Shown here in pieces: positions 25,601 through 36,134 of a stretch of 64,000 nt of DNA. The translations under genes and the position numbers were made by a program. A model generated the notes under the pieces. It searched no databases. It was not told where the DNA came from and saw only the letters and a program-made list of their open reading frames with translations. Each line of letters begins with the position of its first letter. Position 1 is the stretch's first letter. The DNA is from Ostrea edulis (taxonomy: Eukaryota): the NCBI RefSeq assembly GCF_947568905.1, contig NC_079164.1, positions 108,500,001 to 108,564,000 of the forward strand. The letters run 5' to 3'.

Positions 25601-28600
25601 GACACTTGGTCCATGGTCGGACTCTATGGTCATTGGGATTTAACGTTTTACATCAAAATTAAATGCATTTATACTCAGGTGAGTGTTGTGGCCTGTGGGC
25701 CTCTTGTTGTAGGCTTCAGTGAATATTGAATTTGATTTCATGGTTATTTTTATCATTGTTTTATACAGTTAAGAATTAGGACCAGGAAGAAAACGTTAGA
25801 GGAATATCAGAAGAGAAGCAGGGAGCTGTATCCTTTGATATTGTTAGATTTTATGAAGCTTTCTGAAATTGTTCGATTATAGACTTGCACTAGCTAGGGG
25901 AAAATGTTTTACTCAAATGTTTAAAAAATGCAATACAAAAAGGTGAAGAAATAAAATATACATGTATAAATTAAAAGTTTTTAAAAATATCTTGTATGAA
26001 TTGTGTTTCTTGACCAAAACTGCAGTTTGGAACAAAATATGAAATTGAAAGAGAGCATTGAAACGGATGAATATGGAACATTAAATGCAGTAAAGGGCCT
26101 GCTTAGAAGATATGAGAAATACAGGGTAAGGAGGTTTGAAGATATGAAAAATACAGGCTCATGATCAGAAGGTCATGAGATTGAGCCACGCTTGTGTAAG
26201 GAGGTTTGAAGATTTGAAAAATACAGGGTAAGGTTTTTGATTCACAACCTTCGAAAAAGGTGTGTGATGAACTTGATTATTCTGACTTTTCAGGGTGGTA
26301 TAACAACTTTGAACTCCAATTTTGTGAAAGAATTTGATGCAGCTGTGAGAGATCTAGAGGCGACAAGTAGGAGGATTGACTCGCAGCTTCAAGGTAATAT
26401 AATAACTGAGGGAGAATGTAGAGATTGCCAATATTTCTCAAGATTAAATTATCACGATTTTGATATGAATCTTTCCTGATTTCATTTTGTTTTATACAAG
26501 TTCCTATTCTTCTTCTGGTAAAGTGATGGGCCATTCCTGCGGCATTGTCTCACTAAAGTTTATACCTTTATTATATGTATGTGTGTTAATTACTCATTTT
26601 GCAAATCCATTATCTTGGGGTTTGCTCTATTTTTTCTCTTACAGATTTGAAATGCAAAGAAGAATAGTGTAGCATTTCTTTTAAGAGTACAGTGTATTTC
26701 TGTTTTATCTTAGCACTGGAAAAGAAAGTCTCAGATCTAGATGAATCTTTGAAAGAAAAACAAGAAGAATTGCACACACTCATGAGTTATAAAGTAAGTG
26801 TAAATGTATATATATAATACATTTGTGAGATAAATCATGCATGATTTTAAAAATCCCATCAGTGCTTTCCATATTCATTTACAAGTGACAAGACATGCAA
26901 TAAACTCCAAATTGACATATATCTAAATAATTATAGTGCTCTTTGATTATTTGAAGTAGTGATGTCAAAATTGTCAGTTATTCATAGTCTAATATTCATA
27001 AGAGTTCTATCTTACGTGTGTCTTCACCCTCCACATACTGTCTGTCCACACACTGTCTGTCCACATACTGTCTGTCCACATACTGTCTGTCCACATACTG
27101 TCTGTCCACATATTGTCTGTCCACATACTGTCTGTCCACTGTCTGTCCACATACTGTCTGTCCACATACTGTCTGTTCACATATTGTCTGTCCACATACT
27201 GTCTGTTCACTGTCTGTTCACTGTCTGTCTGTTCACATACTGTCTGTCCAATGTCCACATACTGTCTGTCCACATACTGTCTGTCCAATGTCCACATACT
27301 GTCTGTCCACTGTCTGTCTGTCCACTGTCTGTTCACATACTGTCTGTTCACATACTGTCTGTTCACTGTCTGTCCACTATCTGTCCACATGCTGTCTGTC
27401 CACTGTCTGTCCACATACTGTCTGTCCACTATCTGTCCACATGCTGTCTGTTCACATAATGTCTGTCCACATACTGTCTGTCCACATACTGTCTGTTTAC
27501 ATACTGTCTGTCCACATACTGTCTGTTCACATACTGTCTGTCCACTATCTGTCCACATACTGTCTGTCCACTATCTGTCCACATGTTGTCTGTTCACATA
27601 CTGTCTGTTCACTGTCTGTCCACATACTGTCTGTCCACATACTGTCTGTCCACATACTGTCTGTTCACATACTGTCTGTCCACTATCTGTCCACATACTG
27701 TCTGTCCACTATCTGTCCACATACTGTCTGTCCACTATCTGTCCACATACTGTCTGTCCACATACTGTCTGTCCACATACTGTCTGTCCACATACTGTCT
27801 GTCCACATGCTGTCTGTCCACATACTGTCTGTTCACATGCTGTCTGTCCACATACTGTCTGTCCACTATCTGTCCACATACTGTCTGTCCACATACTGTC
27901 TGTCCACATGCTGTCTGTCCACATACTGTCTGTTCACATACTGTCTGTCCACATACTGTCTGTCCACATACTGTCTGTCCACTTACTGTCTGTCCACTAT
28001 CTGTCCACATACTGTCTGTCCACTATCTGTCCACATACTGTCTGTCCACTATCTGTCCACATACTGTCTGTCCACTATCTGTCCATATACTGTCTGTCCA
28101 CTATCTGTCCACATACTGTCTGTCCACTATCTGTCCACATACTGTATGTCCACATACTGTCTGTCCACTGTCTGTTCACATACTGTCTGTCCACATACTG
28201 TCTGTCCACATACTGTCTGTCCACATACTGTCTGTCCACATACTGTCTGTCAACATACTGTCTGTCCACATATTGTCTGTCCACATGCTGTCTGTCCACA
28301 TACTGTCTGTTCACTGTCTGTCCACATGCTGTCTGTCCACTGTCTGTGCACATACTGTCTGTTCACTGTCTGTCCACATACTGTCTGTCCACATACTGTC
28401 TGTCCACTATCTGTCCACATACTGTCTGTCCACATACTGTCTGTCCACATGCTGTCTGTTCACATACTGTCTGTTCACATACTGTCTGTTCATTATCTGT
28501 CTGTCCACATACTGTCTGTCCACATACTGTCTGTCCACTGTCTGTTCACATACTGTCTGTTCACATACTGTCTGTTCACATACTGTCTGTCCACATACTG

Positions 28601-31600
28601 TCTGTCCACTGTCTGTCCACATACTGTCTGTCCACTATCTGTCCACATACTGTCTGTTCACTGTCTGTCCACATGTTGTCTGTATACTGTCTGTTCACTG
28701 TCTGTCCACATACTGTCTGTCCACATACTGTCTGTCCACTATCTGTCCACATACTGTCTGTCCACTGTCTGTCCACATACTGTCTGTTCATATTTATGAT
28801 TCTGACTTTAGCAAATATAATCCATCTACAAAATCATACAACTTTAATACTAAATGAAAGCCAAATGATATACATGTATTAAGTTGTCTATATTATTCTA
28901 TTAGGGGAGTAGCTGGGGGGAAATTAAGTCTAGTGGTCTGGGTCATATGGGCAGCTTCTGAGTTTCAAAAGAATGTATCATGTTTTACTGTGGTAATTTA
29001 GAAGTAAATGGTAAAGCTATTAATTTGCCGGCCCCTTTGTTTCAAAGATTTAATGAAAGAGTTTTCTTTTTCAAGAAGGAGTTTTTCTTGCGTCAGTGAG
29101 ATTTTAGTATTCTACAATGAAATTAGTTAAATACACAATTCTGGCATTCAACATATTTCCTCATAGATATTTTATTTGTCGTGTCAATTGGTGATGTTTG
29201 AGATTAATTTTTTTTATTAAACTTTTCATTTGTACACAAGTTTGTATTTGGATATGGGTTGCTATGTCTCAAATCTCTCTATAAAAGTATATGTTCAATG
29301 GCTGTCAAAAACATTTACACAAATATTTAGCATTCTTGTCACAGTCAAACCTCATTATCTCGAACTTGATGGTGCCAAGAAAAAACTTTGAAATACCTGA
29401 GAGTTCTTGATATGGAGGTTAAAATACTTAAAGAAAATGTAGTTGGAACTTCCAATTCACTTCGACATATCCATGGTAACCATGATATCAAAGTTCAACT
29501 GTACTAGATTACAATTTTTCTTGGTATTTATATCAATTCTAGGATAAAGAATACCCAGTGAAAGCCATGAGAATTGCCACACTGCAGAAAGAAATACAAA
29601 ACCTTAAGATAGCTAACCAGGTAACTACAGCAGTACCATATATACCCTAAAAAACAGGTGGAGATTTGCTAGTTTTATTCTTAAATTAGAATTAAAAATT
29701 AATGTGGTTTCATTAATTTTTATGGGAATTAAATTTCACTGATTTGTGTCATAAAAAAATTTTGATAATCAAAATTTTGTGGAATGCTACTATGTGTGTT
29801 TTTCTTCCATGAGCAATTACATTGTCTTTCATTGATTGCTTGATTTTATGGACTGTGCTACCACAAAAAGGCTAGCTAAACCACACCAAAAAAAAAAAAA
29901 AAAAACCAAAGAAAATTCATAGTAATCTGAAACTGATTTGACTATACATATGTATATGTATAACTTTTTTATACAGGAAGACCAAGAGGATTTAGAACAT
30001 ATAGTTTTCACAGAGTTAGAAAAGTATGAAAAGGAACAAACACGATCAGCCAATCTTATCACCAAAAGCATTACAGAGGTACGAGGGTTCACAATGAATA
30101 CTGTAAAACACACGATCAACCAATCTTATCACCAAAAGCATCACAGAGGTACGAGGGTTCACAATGAATACATGTATGCTGTAAAACACACTTACAGCAA
30201 AGTGCTGGGGACAGTTTTGATTCATTATAAACATAGTTTGTTATATATTCAGTAAGTTCACGATATGTTTTGAAACTATGGGGAATAAAAATCACTTCAC
30301 TGTAAATGTGAATTCATTATAAGTGTATAACCGTGTTTTACTGTAATTATGAAGCAATACTAGAAATATTATGTTTATACAGTTTCAGCAATAAACATTA
30401 ATACATACAATTTACCCCGGATAAATTGAAATTCAGGGGACAGACCTGAATTGTTCATTATATCCAAAGTTCAATATAACCTATATATCATACTGGAAAT
30501 ATGCTAGCTATATACACACGTACCTGAACAGCGCACAGTAAAAATGTCAATTTGATGGAGTCTCAATGTTAAAATTCAAAATTCAGCAGAGAGACAAGTT
30601 TTGTTATAACAGCATTATGAATTATAACAAATATGATTGATTGCCACTATGGAAGATAACCACTTATTTCACATACAAAGATGTAAATAGAGAAAATTTC
30701 TATTTCTATTTATTTAGACAGCTATTGCTAGGATGCATCCAAGTCTGAAAGATATGGCACTTCAAAATATGGTGATGGCTAAGGTAAGATGATATTAACA
30801 TTACAAGTATGGATGGTATGGGTATTTTCTATAGTCACGAAAAATCTTACAGATATAGCGAACAATTAAGAACTTTTGATTTAGTAAAAAAAATTATACG
30901 TTGTATGCCAGTAGAATATGATATTTCATAATTTGAGCCAAAGGGGAGATAATCAAGAAATAGTGAAAATAGGATAGAGTACGTGTTTAGAAAATCTACT
31001 TCTGAAGAGCAACAGCACCAGAAAACCTGTATGAAAACTTTATTGAAGAATGAAAATTCCTGTTTGTTCAAACCATTAATTAGTCCTGTCCTAGGGAAGG
31101 GATTAAAATCTTAGATCTTCTAAAGAATATGCCAATCTGATCGACATGCAAGCATCTTCATGTAGATCAACTTAAGTTTGTTTACACTAAGACCCTTGGG
31201 CCAATGCAGAACCACAAGAAGAGTTTTAATTTTCGGATAGGATATACATATGTATATTGTAGGAAAGTTCTGAATATGTGTTTATAATCTCAAGAACCAC
31301 AAGAATGCAATATGTCAGTCAATAAGCAAGCATCTTCATGTAGTGGACCACTTTGGGCCTGGGCAGGGACACAATTAAGAGGGATTTCACATTGTACAGA
31401 AAAGTGTACAAAAAAGTATCTTAAAGATTTTCTCAAGGTGTACAAGGGTACAGTTTGTCAAATTTATATGCAAGCATCCTCATGAAGTGTAGATTCAAGT
31501 TTTACATAAGAATACATGTATGGTGGACACTTTCTAAAACTCCTCTTCTTCAGAACCACAAAAGTACAAGTGTACGATATATTGGATATCCCGCACGTAG

Positions 31601-34600
31601 TAGATTCAAGTGTGTTCACACTATGACTGGAACATATCAAAAACTTCTTTGAAAATCTTATTCTTATCATTTCATTGAGCATAGATAGATTGTTTAATGT
31701 TTCGTCAAGAATTTCTCACTCATATTGAGATGTCACCAGCTATCATGACCGGTATATTGATTTAGAACATAGATGTCAATGGCAAACTAACAACTCAACT
31801 TCATGACAAGTGGGATGACTTTAGCTGTGTGAGAGCATGTTCAGCATATGATCAATTTTTATACGCCTGCATAAAAATGTGGCCGTATTATGCTATACCA
31901 CTGTCGTCTGTCTGTCCCTTTAACTTTGTCTTTGCAACTCCTAAACCCTTTGGGGGATTTTGATGAAACTCGGTACAAAGAAAGATCACAGTGTGGAGCT
32001 GTGCATATTGCAAGGGGAATGCTGTCCAATGTTTTTTAAAGGAGTTGTGGCCCTTGGACTTATTTTTTTTCTATTCAAAATACTGTCTTTGCAACTCCTC
32101 CTAAACCCTTTGGGGATTTTAATGAATTTTGGTACAAAGAAAGATCACAATGTGGAGGTGTGCATACTGCAAGGGGAATGTTGTCCAATGTTTTTTAAAG
32201 GAGTTACGACTCTTGGACTTGGGTTTTTTTTCTATTCAAAATACTTTAGTCTTTGCAACTCCTCCTAAACCCTTTTGGGGGATTTTGATGAAACTTGGTA
32301 CAAAGAAAGATCACAATGTGGAGATGTGCATATTACAAGGGGAATGCTGCACCAATATTTTCGAAGAAGTTAGGGCCCTTGGACTTGATTTATTTTATGC
32401 AAGTACCTTGTCTTCGCAACTCATCTTAAAAATCCATTGTGGGATTTCAGTGAAACTTAGTACAATACTACAAAGGAAGATCACAATGTGTAGATATGTA
32501 TATTACAAGGGGAATGCTGTCCCAGTATTTTTTAAGGAGTCACAGCCCTTAGACTTAGAGATGTTTAATGCAAATTACATTGTTACTGCAACTCCGACCA
32601 AATACTTTTGTGGATAAACCTTTCTTGCTTGTTCAAATTCCTGGGTCAATAATGTATGTGGGCATATCATGTACCAGTTTAGCGGGACCCTATTTTTGAA
32701 TTAAGGCAAGCTACTGACAAATGAGTTGATGTTACATATGAAGGATTTGAACAACCTCATTTGAAGTCAGCATTTTGCAAATTCTATGGTTGTTATAATG
32801 ATCTTATTTGCAAATACATTGTGGTCTACAGGGGATGCTTACTCCTCCTTGGCACCTGAACCCACCTTTGGTATCTCCAGGGCTTTGTGTTTGCCCCTCT
32901 CTCAATTTTATTTTTTTATGGGATTTATGATTATGAGATTGATCAGCTTTTCATTTGCAAGACCCACAAGGGTACAATAAAAAAACAGTTGAAGGTGAAT
33001 ATATTGTCAAATCAATATGGAAGCATACTAGCATGGTGTATAGAAATTCATGCTGTCACACCTCACCTCCTGGACCCAGGGTGAAGTTCACTAGAGGGGT
33101 TAAAATTTTTACATAGTAAAATGAATAACAATATATCAATATAATTAGGAAGCTTTCCCATGTATTGTAAATTCAAATTTGTTCACATTACGACACCCCC
33201 AACCAGGCCACAATTGGAATTCAACATTTACATGGGAAATGCAATTGCTCAGGTGAGAAATGTGACACATGGGTCTCTTTTTGGGGAAGAATACCACTTC
33301 AATTTGGCTGTACATGCTGAAACTGTGCAGCTTATAAGTGTTTTATTCTCTGTATGAGAGTCACTTTAAGAATAGTCATCGCATTTGAACCTGAAACAAA
33401 TCTATATTGTTATTAATTTTATGATATAGGAAATAGAATTACACAAAAAGGAGCAGGACGGTTTGATCAAAGTCAATCAAGCTCTTGAAGCAGAAGTGAA
33501 AAAGTTGCTGCAAGATCCAAAGACTAACACACGTCTTCAGATGTTTCCAGAATTCTTCCCTAGTAGACAAAAGTAAGTCCTTAAAAGCCTTGTTTATGAT
33601 ATGCAAATATTTTGGTTATATGTAAAAGCATTCTTGATAGCAAATCTTGCTGTGCATGTATATGCAAAACATACTCCATTATGCAAATTTTCACAATTAA
33701 GTCTTGGGTTGGTGAAAATCTTACATTGAGAAAGGCAAAATTTTTCTCTCTGTGTAAATTGATGCAAACATATTGTATCATCATTATTTGTAGCATTTTC
33801 AATGGCATATTTATTGCATCATTATACATTTTCTTAACATGAATAAAGTACAAATATTTTTACGAGTCCTGTCTATCAAAATTGGTCTTTAAAAAAATAA
33901 GGATGGCAAAGAGCTAGGTATTTCATGGAGTGGTAAAGAGATGGTTTCTTCTAATATTCCACCCCAAGAAACATGTAACTGTACTTCCAATGCATATAAC
34001 ATATATGAAACAATTCTTCCTCCTGAATAAAGCCATACATATATAGAGAGGATAAAAATTCTTCCATGTTTTATGCATTGGAATCAGTCAGATATGCTTT
34101 TTGACAAGAGTTACTCATGTCATATTTCAAAAGATTTAAGTATTATTTAGAGGATCATATATGATCGATCTCTTTAATTGTTCAATAGATTTCAAATTTT
34201 TAAAAAAGTTCCCTTTTTTTTTGGTAGTAATTTTATATTTGCACTCATTACAGCCAAACTAAACTAAAATATATATCAATTGTAATTAAAAGATTTATAT
34301 AGCGCCATATCAACATTAGTTCTCTAAAGCTCTTTACAAATGTAAGAAAAAAGATAACATAAAATCGATGTGCACATACATGTATGTGAATAAAATATTC
34401 ATGGTGTCAGAATTAAAATGCATAATTATTATCATTAATATATAGCACCTAATGTAATGATATAATTACCCTAATAACACATAAAACAACCCTTAGAAAT
34501 AATTAAATCAATCTATGCATACATTTTTTTTTTATATCGAGTGTCCTTAAAACGTCTTCACAACCCAACGGTTTACGATCCACTCCGCTTCTTGTATCGA

Positions 34601-34750
34601 AGTGGAGTGAATTGTAAACCTTTGGCTAGTGAAGATGCCTTAAAAGAGCATCATCAGTTTTACTGATTTTCATGGCGTTTCTTTTTCAGATGCACCCCTG
34701 ACATGGAAGTTGTTTTGGACATTCCTACAAAAGAATGGCTGCCTATATAA
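19665..34750 (+). CDS. C20orf96: Uncharacterised coiled-coil protein, C20orf96 (DUF4618) homologue
   Basis: Exons 19665-19842, ~21963-22117 (acceptor uncertain), 25769-25827, 26026-26125, 26294-26393, 26714-26793, 29543-29620, 29977-30078, 30718-30783, 33430-33572, 34690-34750, phase-consistent. The translation includes LMSYK-DKEYPVKAMRIATLQKEI and ends KCTPDMEVVLDIPTKEWLPI*, matching the recalled human C20orf96 ending (KCTPDMDVILNIPVEEPLPF). AATAAA near 34878. Confidence 0.85.
23646..24111. mobile_element. hAT-type MITE with GATTAC-rich interior
   Basis: TIR CAGAGATGGGG/CCCCATCTCTG; perfect 8-bp TSD GTTGGACA at 23638-23645 and 24112-24119. Confidence 0.9.
24138..24250. mobile_element. 113-bp fold-back MITE, Mutator-like (family A, copy 1)
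   Basis: Perfect ~53-bp inverted arms; 9-bp TSD TTAAAACCG on both sides. Confidence 0.9.
24491..25700 (+). mobile_element. Degenerate Helentron-associated (HINE/CvA-like) element with satellite-like internal repeats
   Basis: Starts CACCTGAGCTG...GCTTTTCT, ends CAGGTGAGTGTTGTGGCCTGTGGGCCTCTTGTT, with internal degenerate repeats. The family assignment is from memory. Confidence 0.5.
25828..26025 (+). other. U12-type (minor spliceosome) GT-AG intron in C20orf96
   Basis: 5' GTATCCTTTG; branch TTTCTTGAC at 26006-26014, 12 nt before the AG. Confidence 0.85.
27017..28790. repeat. 15-bp-based minisatellite (CTGTCCACATACTGT with 11-bp variants), intronic
   Basis: Directly visible; produces the long low-complexity pseudo-ORFs in the ORF track. 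Confidence 0.97.
30041..30190 (+). repeat. 70-bp duplication of a C20orf96 exon end plus donor
   Basis: CACGATCA.CCAATCTTATCACCAAAAGCAT.ACAGAG|GTACGAGGG at 30041 and 30111. Confidence 0.9.
31856..32697 (+). mobile_element. HINE (non-autonomous Helentron) carrying 4-5 copies of a ~160-170-bp satellite monomer
   Basis: 5' TTTTTATACGCC subterminal repeat, GTCTGTC microsatellite, monomers starting GTCTTTGCAACTCC near 31927, 32086, 32250 and 32410, and 3' GGGCATATCATG...GCGGGACCC. Confidence 0.7.
32705..32945 (+). mobile_element. Decayed Penelope-like element 3' fragment
   Basis: Similar to the copies at 59290-59635 and 62035-62535 (GCTACTGACAAA...AGTCAGCATTT...GGGGATGCTTACTCCTCCT). Confidence 0.6.
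34548..34645. mobile_element. Degenerate ~100-bp hairpin MITE just upstream of the last C20orf96 exon
   Basis: Imperfect inverted arms CTTCAC..GGTTTACGATCCACTCCGCTTC / GAAGTGGAGTGAATTGTAAACC..GTGAAG; no TSD identified. Confidence 0.45.
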
Positions 34751-36134
34751 ACTGTTACTATTAACAGATGCTCCTGTAATACCCTTATTTGATTACGTTA
34801 TGTACATGCCTTAAACTTCAATTTGCCTTATGTTATTGTTTTGAACATGCATATAGACTTTGTCATCATGTGATTTGAATAAACAGTATTCACACAATTT
34901 TTTTTTAATCAATCTTACGCTGCCAGATACAAATGGAGGTAACATTTGGGATGCCCTTTATGGTTTTGGCATTTGGCACTCGTGCACATTCATTAGTACG
35001 GATTCTATTCCCACAACTATGCAGTCATATTGAGATGTGCTACCCACAATGAAGAGCTTAATTGACAGACTTTAACCTTGCAGTTAGATAAATGATGAAG
35101 AAATAAACAAGTATCACATTTGACCTTTGAAGTTCTGCAATTGTGTCATTATGGATACCGGTAATATAATAATATCCTGTGCATTAAAACATTCTGGAAC
35201 TACCAGAACTCATCAAATGTATATACTGCTGTAAGCCATTGTGTTCTGAAAGATAACATGAAGATGATGAATTTACTTTTTGAGGCAATTTGCCTTCCTC
35301 CTTACCCAGTATAAAATTGCAAATAGGTATTTGTTCAAACCTGGGCTGTGGTTATTTGTACTTAGTATTTTATATTTCATTTTGTAAAACATTACACTTG
35401 CATCTTTCAAGGATTACACCATGTCGGGAGATGAATTTCTAATCGTAGGAGGTAGGCTGCTTCAAAAACATACCAATAGACCCGGCCTTGCATTACAAGT
35501 TGGGAGCTTTAATCAACAAACTACCTGGGCAAATACCCATTTACTTAATCCCCTGTAATACTACCACATTCTTCCAGTTTCTCCCGTCAGTAAAATTTCT
35601 TGCTCTAGAAATTTTTGCACAAGACTATTTAGCCTTTACCGTTTGATTATTTATATTACTGGATCACTCATGAGCGTGCCTGGGAAGAAGTCAAGTGTTC
35701 CTCTAATTTCAAATTTAAAACTTATTTTACATGAAAAAGTGGTTTACAATACAAGACATGCTAAAAGTTCACCATCGTAACTGAAGAGATACTCTACCTT
35801 TTGAGAAATGCACATATCAAAACCACATACATGTCCAAGAATTGAATTTTTTTTAGTCAAAGTAACAACACAAAATTCAAATGCAATCAATCCAAACTAT
35901 ATGTAATTTGCAATATTTCCAATAATAAGTGTCTATCAAGCAGATCTTGTTGTGTCCTTTACTACTCATTAATCTCTGTGTATTTCTAGCATAAACTCCA
36001 TGAAGAATAATATAAATCCTGTAGATAAGCTATTTTTGTTTTGAAAGACAAAATAAATTCTAATTTTTCATCAGTTTATTGTAAACAAACATTTCAGTGA
36101 CAATTATGTTAAGTTATTTCTTGTCTTTCAAATT

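Noticed and set aside
26959-28882. Long ORFs (up to 593 aa) on both strands
   Set aside because: Products of a 15-bp minisatellite within a C20orf96 intron; low-complexity translation with no domain signal.
31960-32617. ORFs of 102 and 162 aa
   Set aside because: Translations of satellite monomers inside the HINE element.
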